DNA of 60,622 bases, counting the filler, from Nemertoderma westbladi (lineage: Eukaryota > Animalia > Xenacoelomorpha): the NCBI GenBank assembly GCA_032718475.1. It is 4 parts of 4 records of this genome, joined end to end, with 100 filler letters (N's around TTAATTAATTAA, not from the genome) between each part and the next. Parts side by side here need not be neighbours in the genome. Positions count along the whole stretch, not along the records: positions 16,942 to 30,291 come from JAUCBJ010000850.1; positions 30,392 to 45,823 come from JAUCBJ010004094.1; 2 more parts are not named here. One strand, written 5' to 3'. A model generated the notes under the pieces. The model worked only from the letters and a program-made list of their open reading frames with translations, ran no database searches and had not been told where the DNA came from. Of this stretch, positions 24,145 through 35,425 are shown one piece after another. Numbering within the stretch: position 1 is the stretch's first letter; every line of letters begins with the position of its first letter. Position numbers and translations under genes: made by a program.

Positions 24145-25371
24145 CCATGCAGCCATGTGGTCAGGTGGTGAGCGTCAGCGTCACAATCACAGCAACAATC
24201 AAGTGGGCATGTGCATGTGCGCATGCCTGCATGCGGTGTTTAGATTTAGGTGAAGGGAGTGCAGTTGTAGCGCAGAGTACGGGGCAATGCTGCAATGGTG
24301 AATGGTTCAGTGGTATTTAACCCTCCCCCGGTATGGTAAAAAATTATCCTTCACCGGTAACATGGGGTATTTTTATACCCCAAATTGATAAGACATTTTA
24401 AGTAACATTAAACAGAATTAAACAAAATTTTTTTTTCAATTTGGTTGAAGTCTACCCAACGCTCAATGCCACAAAAGTTATCCCACTACAATCGCGATCA
24501 TCGTTAACGTCGCGATGGGGCGTTTTGCAACAAGATACTATCATAGCGAAGCATTAGCTGTGAGAGTGTTTCTCATTTTAGGTTTTATAGTGGTGTAACC
24601 AGGTAATGGGTCAAGTAGGCCTACACCCTGAAGTATACCATTGCAGTTCCAATAAGCATAAAAAGAGTCAAATACCACCACTAAAAGTCAACAAAGTTAT
24701 AGGCCTATATATATATACAGATATATCACCTCGCAATAGCACAAGATCTTGAATTGTAATATGAAATATACACCATGACTGCAAAAGTACTGATGATTTG
24801 GTCACAAAATGTGATTATTGTGCAACTAAATTATACATTGCAGTTTCAATGAACCCAAAATGAGACCCAAACAGTCGGTGAGAAGTCAAAAATTGGACTT
24901 CAAGTCCAATTTTAGACTTCAAGTCCAATTTTGGACTCCAAAGTCCAATATTGGACTTTAGTACAACTCCAAGTGTACCCATGCTGCCATACTGTATATC
25001 GGTATTTAAATCAAAACTGCATCCCGTATCAGTACATGTATATTACATAATTACAATGCAACATTATTTTAATGATCAAATTAATTATTATATGTATTAT
25101 ACAATGTTATAAACAGGGATCGCACACGTACAGTCAGACATCAGTAGTTACTTTTTGAGGTACCCTAGTGGTATAGCTTTGCGGTAGGTAGCCTTACTGC
25201 CTTATCGGTGTATACCGTGGTAGCGTAGTTGAGTTATAGCTGTATAGTTCATTCATACCCATACTGCCATACCTGTGGTATTTTCGTATGGCAAAAATAA
25301 GACTACTGTAAACTGTAACCTATTGCCTATTATGTTATTGAATTAATGTTTATTGACTAATTGTTTTGATT

Positions 25372-25805
25372 AGGTTCACTGTGTCAAGTACAATGCACAC
25401 ATCTCTGCATCTCCAACCAGACACTATATAACATTGGAGTTGGAGGTGTCTCATTCAGTCATTGGTTCCCCCAAGCTTGACACTAGAACAAAGCCGCCCC
25501 CGCTTTGCAGGACATCGCTTTAAGCCGTGAGGACCAGCCAGTGCACCTCATGGAGTGAATAAGCATCTGGTGGACAGCCCATGACTTTCTTGAGACGCAT
25601 CTTTCTTACTGTCTTAAACACCGGACACTGGCCTTGAAGATGCGGATGATCTAGCAAATGTCATGGGTGATAAGGCTGTAAGGCAGTGTAAGGGAGTTGT
25701 GGAGGCGCACTTTTGTCAACAAGCCGGCACAGCATTCTCTAATAGGGCCTATATATATAATGCAGCTGCAATGCCTGAATGCAGCATGCCGATTGTAGTT
25801 GTAGT
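25372..25805 (+). mobile_element. RTE LINE 3' fragment in left palindrome arm
   Basis: Same family as 58640-59100; ends gtagttgtagt. Confidence 0.8.
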
Positions 25806-25950
25806 ATGTGGTGAGGTGATAGGGCTCCTTCAATTGGTAAAGTCAAAAGTGGCCGTTTATTGTTTTAGTTAGAAAAGCCTGCCTCTGTAACCTGTTCCTT
25901 TCCCTCAATTGGTTTATGATTATGACGTGTGTTACTTGTTACTTCTGTAC

Positions 25951-26434
25951 CAGACTGGAATCCATACACTTTGCACCGGATTAATCCGGCACACTTTACA
26001 ATAAAAGCGCGCCAATGTGGCGCGCTCGAAAATCGTAAAGTGCGCCAGCTTTGGCGCGTGGCGCCCCCAAAAATAAAAACCGGCGCCAATTTGTTGGTTT
26101 AACAATTACGGAAGTGCCTTAAAAATTGCATTAGCTGTTAAAAAATTTCGGCTCGCTTCCCTCGCCTTTCTTTTTTCTGTTGTATGGCAGTATGGTTACT
26201 GCTGAACAGGGACATGTACAGCTCTACAGCAGTACTGACATTCAACATTGGCAGACTGGTTACACTCCTTCAAAATTACATTGGCACGGCGCTCTTCAAA
26301 GTTGTTTCAAATGTGCGGCATGCTTAAAAATTTTGTTGGCGCAGGGTTTGCTTTGAAATTGCATCGGCGCATGGCGCGCATAAAAATTGGTTGGCGCGCT
26401 ATCCGGCGCACTTTTTGGATGGATTCCATACAGG
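25951..26434. mobile_element. MITE insertion with 8-9-bp TSD (CTTCTGTAC)
   Basis: TSD at 25942-25950 and 26435-26443, subterminal GGAATCCAT/ATGGATTCC, empty site present in the opposite arm (~28617-28642). Confidence 0.75.
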
Positions 26435-28787
26435 CTTCTGTACTTATTATGTGGAGACCCCAACACATTAATCAGTTACTAATCCCCTTTCATTATCCAG
26501 CCGTTTTAAAATACCCTTCCTGTTGTATTGAAAAATTAGAAGAGATGGTGCAGTGGTGGTAGCATCAACTTGTAGTATTTCTTTCTGATAGGGCTCCCAT
26601 AGGCTTAGACGAAATCGTAGCTTGTACTGTAGTTAGCCTTAGAAGCAGCTGCAGTTGGCATTGGCAAACCTGGCATTGCTACCAGTTTCCACCAAATATA
26701 ATTTGTAATTAAATATTTGTCAGTTTGTTGGAGCATAATCTAATCTAGTCCTAAAGACTCTATAAAGTTATTATTATTTTTTATTATTATTAACACCTCA
26801 TATATTATACAATTATTAATAGAGGGAGAAAATCACCAAGGTTAAAAATTAACACTAATAGGTGAAAGACAACACTAAATATCCTACAACTTAATATTAA
26901 TCGATGTACAATACCGACAACTAACAATATTGCATGAATAGTCTCAGTCTAAAAAATATACAGTAAAACATTAGTGTGACATAAAAACATACATTAAGAA
27001 ATGAATTTGATATAATAAAATTAGCCTACAGTAAGAAAATTTGATTTCCAACGTCTATGCAGTCCAGTAAAATATAGTAAGACTGTAAGACAACATACAT
27101 CAAAATCGACTTGGCAGTCCAGTAAAACTTGTCCAGTCTAAAAAATAAAATACATACAGTATAAAAATACAGATACAAATAATTACAATACAATACAATA
27201 CACGAAGTGGGGCCTTTGCCCCACTTCTGGGTACATAAGGCTGTAAGGTTATAGGCCTATTACCTAACATGAATGTAAATTGTAAACTAAACAATATCCG
27301 TCAGTCCAATATGCTTAAAGTAAAGTACAAAGTACCTAGAATGCTAGAATGTCAATGTACCATTATATTCTAAGTACAGCCTGACAGTCAGACAGTACAC
27401 TGAAGATACATACAGATCTGCAAAGGTAACTTTCCATAACTTAATCTGTTAATAGCTGTCTGGCTGTCTCTCATCTGTCATGCTTCATGTACCTTTAAGT
27501 TTGATTCTCAATGTCACGTCCAAAATTGGACTTTTGTAAAAATTCAAAGCCTTATAAAAAAAGTTCCCCCTGGTGAATTTCAGGTCCCCCTGTTCAAAAC
27601 TCTTATTTTTTGATATATTTTCGATTAAAAAAAAATCCCGCCCGATCCAATTACCCAAGGTGCAAGGCCCTGGAACAATTGGCTGATTTGAAGACCAATA
27701 TTGGACTCACAGAAGTCAAATTTTGGACTTGAACTGGAGTCGAAGTCCAATTTTGGACTCAAGTCCAATTTTTGACTTCTCACCGACGTCGATGAGAAGT
27801 CAAAAATTGGACTTGAGTCCAAAATTGGACTTCGACTCCAGTTCAAGTCCAAAATTGGACTTCTGATGTGAGTCCAATATTGGACTTCAAATCAGCCAAT
27901 TGTTCCAGGGCCTTGGGTAATTGGATCGGGCGGAATTTTTTTTTTTTAATCGAAAGTATATCAAAAAATAAGAGTTTTGAACAGGGGGACCTGAAATTCA
28001 CCAGGGGGAACTTTTTTTATAAGGCTTTGAATTTTACAAAAGTCCAATATTGGACTTTAAGTACAATTTTGGACGTGACATTGAGAATCAAACTTAAAGG
28101 TACATGAAGCATGACAGATGAGAGACAGCCAGACAGCTATTAAGTTATGGAAAGTTACTTTTGCAGAGCTCTGTATGTATCTTCAGCGTACTGTACTTAG
28201 AATATAATGGTACATTCTAGCATTCTAGGTACTTCGTACTTAGCATATTGTTTAGTTTTCATTCATGTTATGTCTAACCTTACAGCCTTATGTACCCAGG
28301 ACTTGAGTCTTTTTGGACTAGATTGGATTATGCTCCAACAAATATTTAACTACAAATTATATTTGGTGGAAACTGGTAGCAATGCCAGGTTTGCCAACTG
28401 CAGCTGCTGCTAAGAGCTAAGGCTAACTACAGTACAAGCTGCGATTTCGTCTAAGCCTATGGTTGTATGGGAGCCCTATCAGAAAGAAATTCTACAAGTT
28501 GATGCTACCACCATCTCTTCTAACTTTTCCATACAACTGTACAACAGGGAGGGTATTTTAAAACGGCTGGATAATGAAAGGGGATTAACTGATTAACGTG
28601 TTGGGGTCTCCACATAATAAGTACGGAAGTAACACACGTCATGAACCAATTGAGGGAAAGGAACAGGTTACAGAGGCAGGCTTTTCTAACTAAAACAATA
28701 AACGGCCACTTTTTGACTTTACCAATTGAAGGAGCCATCACCACATAGGGCATGTGCTTATACATACAGAAGCGGGCTTTTCTAACC

Positions 28788-29208
28788 AACTACTACTACA
28801 ATCGGCATGCTGCATTGCAGCTGCATTATATATATAGGCCCTATTAAGAATGCTGTGCCTGTGCCGGCTTGTTGACAAAATTGCGCCTCCACAACTCCCT
28901 TACAGCCTTATCACTCATGACATTTGTTAGATCATCCGCATCTTCAAGGCCGGTGTCCTTTAAGACAGTAAGAAAGATGCGTATCAAGAAAGTCATGGGC
29001 TGTCCATGTCCACCATGCTTATTCACTCCATGAGGTGCACTGATTGGTCCTCACGGCGAAAGCAATGTCCTGCAAAGCAGAGGCGGCTTTGTTCTAGTGT
29101 CAAGCTTGAGGGAACCAATGAGACACCTCCAACTCCAATGTTATAGGGCCCTATCAGCCTATAGCGTCTCGTTGGAGATATGTGCATTGTACTTGACACA
29201 GTGAACCT
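28788..29208 (-). mobile_element. RTE LINE 3' fragment in right palindrome arm
   Basis: RLCFAGHCFRREDQ and LKDTGLEDADDL..ELWR; (TAG)n tail. Confidence 0.8.
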
Positions 29209-30291
29209 AATCAAAACAATTAGTCAATAAACATTATTCTGTTATTAACTCAATAACATAATAGGTTACACCCTGATAACAATTGCATGTTATTTTAACG
29301 TTTATATCACATTTTTATTGAACATGGCAAACGTTTGAAAAAACGTTTGCGACACGTCCAGAAATAGATCATTTTCATGTTATTTTGTCCAAGCGGGTGG
29401 CATGTAATAAACGTTTAGAAGTAAACGTGTAAATAGCATGAAACAAACGTTACTCAATCGCCGGTTCTTTATGACGTTTGAATTAAACGTGTGTCTAGCA
29501 TGTGTAACTAACGTGAATTATGCGTCGGTTCTTTCGAAATTGCTTGGAAATATACGTTTTTTTAATGCAAAGAAAACGTTTGTTTAAAACGTTGTAAATC
29601 GTTATTCTCTAAACTAATTTGGTCATCCATTGATTCGACAAACGGATTGTTCTCATGGTATGCAATTGTTCGAATTAAGATAATTTATGTGTAAAATATG
29701 AATATTATTAAGCACAAGGTAGTAGTAGCCAGTACAGCACAACTTAACCACCTAAAAACTAGTGTTATTGTTTACAATAACAACAACACCTATTAAACAA
29801 ATGAACTGCATTGCACAAACTTTAAGTAAAATTGTACTGTAATACAGTATACATATAATATACAAAAGTGAAACAGAATTCCATTTGAACTGTAATAATA
29901 AAGACCAACCGCAGCCTTCTTTAACGCTATTTGGCCTGGGGGGGGGGGGGGGGGGGGGTGAGGGTTATTTAAATTTTTTTGAAATTAATCTGTATCTTTG
30001 AAACAGATATGTTGTGAAAACCGAGATTCTGTGACTTTCACTAAAATTTTATGGGCTATCCATCAGAGCACAAAGGAAATTATTATCCAATATTGAAATA
30101 TAATAAATAGTTTCAAAAATTTCCCTGTTCACTTCAATGTTCCAAAATCGCAAACCTCATCTTGGCGAATTAATATCCCGCCTCAATGTTAAATTCTCAA
30201 TTTAGGGAAAGGAGCAGGTTACAGTGGCACATTATTTTAACCAAAACAATAAACTAAACACAATTAAAACAGGTTACAGTTTTATTTTTGT

Positions 30292-30391
30292 NNNNNNNNN
30301 NNNNNNNNNNNNNNNNNNNNNNNNNNNNNNNNNNNTTAATTAATTAANNNNNNNNNNNNNNNNNNNNNNNNNNNNNNNNNNNNNNNNNNNN
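30292..30391. other. Assembly gap with artificial linker
   Basis: 44 N + TTAATTAATTAA + 44 N. Confidence 0.97.
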
Positions 30392-30839
30392 ATAAACATT
30401 CAAAATAAGGAATGAATCCACCCAAATTCAAAATAACTAATAAAAATCCATTAATTAATACCCTGTTTCGGCTCTGGTAGTATACAAATATGCATTAACT
30501 AAATCATTAATGACAAATAATCTACTAATAATACTCAGCACTAAGAATAATAAATAACGTTACTAAATAAATAACAGCAATAAAATTTACGTAACTTGTA
30601 CAATTTCATGAAATCAACCAATTTTCATTTTATAATAAATTTATTACATATCGCAGTTAATTATAAATTAATCAATATTCTATGAACGAAATTAAGATCT
30701 GGTTTTACACAATATAACGAGAGTTTTACAGAGAACAACGAATTCAGATTGCGGCTATTAGGCGGGTTTAATAACTGCTGTCTCCGCATTTTATGATGAA
30801 AAATACAACTTGGTTATAATCAATTAACAGCCAATTGAA

Positions 30840-33800
30840 TTACTGTTTGGATGTGCTGGCGTAGTAACTGAGCATTCTCAATACACTCAAAGCGAGTAGC
30901 TTATCAGTTGGATCCATAACGCCGCGTTGTATTGCCTTCGGGATAGTCGTCCTTGCGTGTTTGAATCCCAAATGCTTAAGGATCCAATCCAACAACGGCG
31001 GGTTAACGAACTCATTCCAGATAATCAAGCCGATTGTAGGCTCCAATCGCCACGTTGTAGTAGAAAATTCACGCCAATCCTCATATATAGGGAAGTCACT
31101 GAGATCCCCGGTGCCCGTATGGCGATCGGGGTCTGGTGTAGCCGGTGTTACCAACCGACTAGATTCCCCACGGTTCCCCCCTTGAGAAGCCTTCTCCTTG
31201 GCTGCGATATAACCCTGGACCAGTTGGCTTAGGTTGACGTAAACTCCGGAATCGGAAGCCACACAAAGATGATCGTGAAAGTCACTTACAAAAGAAGAAA
31301 TAACAGGTTCTTTAGTCTCAGTATCGGTAGGACAAACTTCCGACTGTTCGTGGGTCGATTTCGCCACAACCCCAAGTTTCGGAATGGTAAATATCGGAAC
31401 AAATGAGTGTTTAATCTTTGAGATTTTCCCACTTTTTGCTGTGCCATCCGAATATTCAGAAAACTCGAATGCCGGAGCATGACGCGGCATGCCACCGGTG
31501 AGGTAGGTGAACATCTCGGATGTATTGCGGGCAGTTGTGGGGGGATTATCCTTTAGGACTGAAACCCAATAGATAGAACCCATTTGTGATGGTTCTTTTC
31601 CTCTTTCTGATTGATTGTAACCTAATTTGATATTTAAATTCTCTTCAATGTGAGTAAAGTGTCGACCTTCAACCGCAACTTCAACGGCATCGGATTCAAA
31701 CATCACCTTCATCTCCCGTAGAATGAACGTGGCCCACGATTTGGACCGGAAGTGCGATTTTAAACAGATGAGTGATAACTCATTTCCAGAAGCTTCAACT
31801 GATCCACCTAACGCAATATCAGCCGGGCCGATACACTCTGGAAAAAGTTTCAATTTAAGATCTTTAAGATGTGAAAAAAGATCTGGCCAATGGCGGTGAT
31901 GAAGTAGTACTACTCGGCTTTTTTCAGATTTACTCTCTGGAGGGTTTACTTTTGGAGTAACAGAAATAACGGTTCCACCCGCCTGTATTGAACTGAATAC
32001 CATCTGACTGCGTTTTATTTGTTCAACTAAAAATTCATGGACCTTTTTATACATCTTGACCAGATCAGTACTCGTGGACTCACACACAATTAATTGAAAG
32101 CGGTCCCAATTAAGATTCCAGATTAGGTAAAATGAACAACGACCAATTCCTGAAGGGCCAGGATTGACATTCCTCGTCAACTCGGTACATCCCATAATAT
32201 TTAAGGCGTTGAATCGCGCCATAAAAACAGCTGAACTCATTGAGTCCAATCGCACTTCAGCTGACTGCATCCTAAACCCAATCTGGTGACGTGGCGGAAC
32301 TAAGGGTTTCATTTGTACATTGATCCAACTAGTCATTTTCTGAAGTAAAATCGCCCCTCCAACTAACCCACCTTGTGAATTAATTGACGACAAGCCCAAG
32401 CCAATTGCGATATTAGAGTAGCGAGACCCCAAGGAATCACTAGAATAGCGACCCCAGACACGAAGTTCAGTCGTTGAAAAGTTTGTAATTCCCATAACAC
32501 TGCTCATCTTCATCTCCACATTGAGTTTATATAAATTAACTGCAAATACGACGAGACTATCCCAACACGATTGTCTCCTCTTAGAGGAGCCTCTCACTGG
32601 GGTAGAAGTACTACCGAGGTTCTGAGATACTCGAAGAATCTCTGTTACTGCTACACTGCTGCTAGAAAGGGAAGACGAACTGTCACCAGTGTTCACTAAC
32701 AATGATTTAGTGTGCTCATTTTGAAGAATAATTTCGGCGCTATCTAAAGGATCTGGAATTTCCTCTTCTGGAAGAGCATGTTCACCAAGAAACAGTTTTC
32801 TTGCAATTGCTTTTCTATACCAGGCCTTTGGGAAAGCAAGAATTTCTGAAAGTTTCCTCATATCGTAAGTAAATGATGCTGAGCCAATATCAATGACCAC
32901 TGACATCTTAATAAAGGTTGGTGACACATCGTCCTTAAAGCTCTTCAAACTTGAAAAACTAGTTGCTGTTGGGAGCAAAGAAGGATCACCAATGTTACTT
33001 TTTGATGATGATAAATGCTTACCTCGCATTATAGTCACTTTTACAAACTCAACATCCAAACTCAGTGCATCTGGTTTAGGTGGTTTTTGGGTTTCTGTAT
33101 TTTTGGTATCATCTACAGGTGTATTTAATTGAGACCGTCCTGCCCTGTGTCCTCCACCATATGGATGATAAATATTCAGTGCGAAATTAGACATCTCAAA
33201 TGTCAATGCTAAGCCATCCTTTTTGGTTATCTTAGATGAACTATCTGCACTCGAAACATTTCCAACAGTTAATGAGGATCCATCACTAGCTTTTATTAGT
33301 TTAGAATCGACTTTCATTTCTAACATATCAAGATCATTGGGTGATCCCCTGGAGCTCAGCACAATATTTACAGTTGGTAAACTTAGTAGACATTCCACTT
33401 TCGAAATAGGCACACAACTTAAACGTATGGCTGATGGTTTGATAAGTAACAATATAACAACATCAACAGGCAGAGAAGTGTACTTGCCTATAGAACTTGA
33501 AATAATGCTTGATGTGCTTGTGGTAAAGTTCGATGCAGCAGATGTTTTCCCGGCAGAAGTTGGCAAATTTGGAGCAGTAGAAGGAAATGACTCGACTGGA
33601 ATTGTATCCATAGCTTGTTCAACAAAGTCTAGTAGCGTGGGATATAATATCATTTCTTCAGGGAGTGATTTAATCGTGACATTAGCATAAATGCTGGCTT
33701 TTTTAGTACTAATTGAACCATCAGATGCGATACTTATTGTTGATGATGTGAGGGATGAAGTGTCCGGGATATTTGTATCTTTCACTACATTAGACATAGG

Positions 33801-34502
33801 ATTGTACTGAATATTTTCACCTTCAGAAATATACCTAAGCACAATATCCACACCAGGTATGTATATTACAGTCAAGCTGGAATCAACTAACTGGTTACCC
33901 ATTCTTCCTGTATGATTACTTGATGCCAAACCTTGAACAAATGCTCTTTTTGGAGTAACATTTACCTCAGTAGATAACAACGAATCGTTTGAATTATCAT
34001 AAGAAGCAAGAACAGGATGTAAAGTACACTGTCCGCTGTCAATTAAAATTTTCATATCCAATTCATATTCATTATAGTTTTGTTGTTCCGTAGAACTGTT
34101 AGGGTGAGGCATCGTAACTGTTGCTGAAGTTGAAACTGAACTGTTGGAAGGCTTCTTTTTCCGCCTTTTGGGGAAGGATTTCACGAATAATTCTTTTCTT
34201 GAATTTGAACCTTCTGCGTCATCAGTTGAATCACTATCACTTACCAACTCGCAAATTTTTGAATGGATCATCACCCTTTGCTTATCAGGTCTTGGGGGCA
34301 CTGGAGGCGCACGTGTACGGGGTGGTATAGTTGGTTGATGATTATATCTACTATCATACTGAGTCTTGATTGGAGTGTCAGGTTTTTTCGAGCGATAAGA
34401 GGCATCTTTATTCATATTTTGCCCAATAGTTTTCGGAGTAGACTTTGTTACTGGATTCCGCATATTTGGGTTTTTAATTTCACTTTGACGCCTCAGCTTT
34501 GT
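30840..34502 (-). CDS. BLTP1: Bridge-like lipid transfer protein 1 (KIAA1109/Tweek/LPD-3), last coding exon
   Basis: Acceptor ttgcctcatAG, then TKLRRQS; conserved YDMRKLSEILAFPKAWYRKAIARKLFLG and C-terminal WRLEPT...LGFKHARTTIPKAIQRGVMDP; TAA at 30840-30842. Confidence 0.92.
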   Translation of the reverse strand, partial: TKLRRQSEIKNPNMRNPVTKSTPKTIGQNMNKDASYRSKKPDTPIKTQYDSRYNHQPTIPPRTRAPPVPPRPDKQRVMIHSKICELVSDSDSTDDAEGSNSRKELFVKSFPKRRKKKPSNSSVSTSATVTMPHPNSSTEQQNYNEYELDMKILIDSGQCTLHPVLASYDNSNDSLLSTEVNVTPKRAFVQGLASSNHTGRMGNQLVDSSLTVIYIPGVDIVLRYISEGENIQYNPMSNVVKDTNIPDTSSLTSSTISIASDGSISTKKASIYANVTIKSLPEEMILYPTLLDFVEQAMDTIPVESFPSTAPNLPTSAGKTSAASNFTTSTSSIISSSIGKYTSLPVDVVILLLIKPSAIRLSCVPISKVECLLSLPTVNIVLSSRGSPNDLDMLEMKVDSKLIKASDGSSLTVGNVSSADSSSKITKKDGLALTFEMSNFALNIYHPYGGGHRAGRSQLNTPVDDTKNTETQKPPKPDALSLDVEFVKVTIMRGKHLSSSKSNIGDPSLLPTATSFSSLKSFKDDVSPTFIKMSVVIDIGSASFTYDMRKLSEILAFPKAWYRKAIARKLFLGEHALPEEEIPDPLDSAEIILQNEHTKSLLVNTGDSSSSLSSSSVAVTEILRVSQNLGSTSTPVRGSSKRRQSCWDSLVVFAVNLYKLNVEMKMSSVMGITNFSTTELRVWGRYSSDSLGSRYSNIAIGLGLSSINSQGGLVGGAILLQKMTSWINVQMKPLVPPRHQIGFRMQSAEVRLDSMSSAVFMARFNALNIMGCTELTRNVNPGPSGIGRCSFYLIWNLNWDRFQLIVCESTSTDLVKMYKKVHEFLVEQIKRSQMVFSSIQAGGTVISVTPKVNPPESKSEKSRVVLLHHRHWPDLFSHLKDLKLKLFPECIGPADIALGGSVEASGNELSLICLKSHFRSKSWATFILREMKVMFESDAVEVAVEGRHFTHIEENLNIKLGYNQSERGKEPSQMGSIYWVSVLKDNPPTTARNTSEMFTYLTGGMPRHAPAFEFSEYSDGTAKSGKISKIKHSFVPIFTIPKLGVVAKSTHEQSEVCPTDTETKEPVISSFVSDFHDHLCVASDSGVYVNLSQLVQGYIAAKEKASQGGNRGESSRLVTPATPDPDRHTGTGDLSDFPIYEDWREFSTTTWRLEPTIGLIIWNEFVNPPLLDWILKHLGFKHARTTIPKAIQRGVMDPTDKLLALSVLRMLSYYASTSKQ

Positions 34503-35425
34503 CTATGAGGCAAACCAAAAATGACATCACATTGGCAATGGTGAAAGGTTATATGCCCCCAATAACTATTGTGGGGACCTATTTAAAAAATCAATTTGCA
34601 GTTTTTTGTCAATTGATTTGATAATTTTCAATGGATTGCTACATTTTGAATTGTGTGGAAATTGGTAATCAATAATTATATTTAATGATTAAATATAAAT
34701 AATATATATTTATTTTATTATATTATATATTTATATTTAGGTTATCTCATAACCAAACTGCAATTTAAGAAAACTGCGGTCAAAAAGTGATATTTTACAC
34801 TAAAATTGGGTGAGAAAACGGGTATGGATAAATAAAAAACAAAGCTTCTAAGAGCATAAAAATTGAAACACTCTTTTGATTTTGAATAAATTCACAAATG
34901 ATAAGAGTAGCTAATATGAGCAGCCTAATTATTAAAAAAAAAGACAAAAAAAATCATTTATACCTAAAGGTGAGGTATATAATTTATTTTATATTATACA
35001 AAAAAAAATTACTTTATAGAAATACATATCAGGTAGGTGAAAAAAACAGTACATGGCATTAACGGGTGTGTATGAGACACAGGGGCTACGTGTATTAGGA
35101 AGAACATTAGAACTATGGGAACTGAAATAATATATGATGAATTCGAATCAACGAACAGAAAACAGTCATCGGAAATGTTGTAAATTAACCCTACAACATT
35201 AACTAGCAGCAACACGGTAAGATGAGATAGTTTAATTGTATACTGATTTAGCTATAAAAAAAACACTGCACTCTTTCCAATGGTTTATCAATTTTGGATT
35301 GTAAATACAAAGTGCATTTTTTATAATAAAAAACAATAAATTTTATTCAATGTTACATATATATTAAGGGGGGGGGGGGGCTAGAAATTTATGGCAATTT
35401 GAGATATAGGGGGTTAACATTTCAC

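Larger units (their letters stand above)
25314..29270. repeat. ~4-kb imperfect palindrome centred at ~27786
   Basis: Block-by-block reverse complementarity, e.g. 27490-27782 vs 27792-28103, 26445-26760 vs 28305-28625, 25345-25925 vs 28640-29235. Confidence 0.9.
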
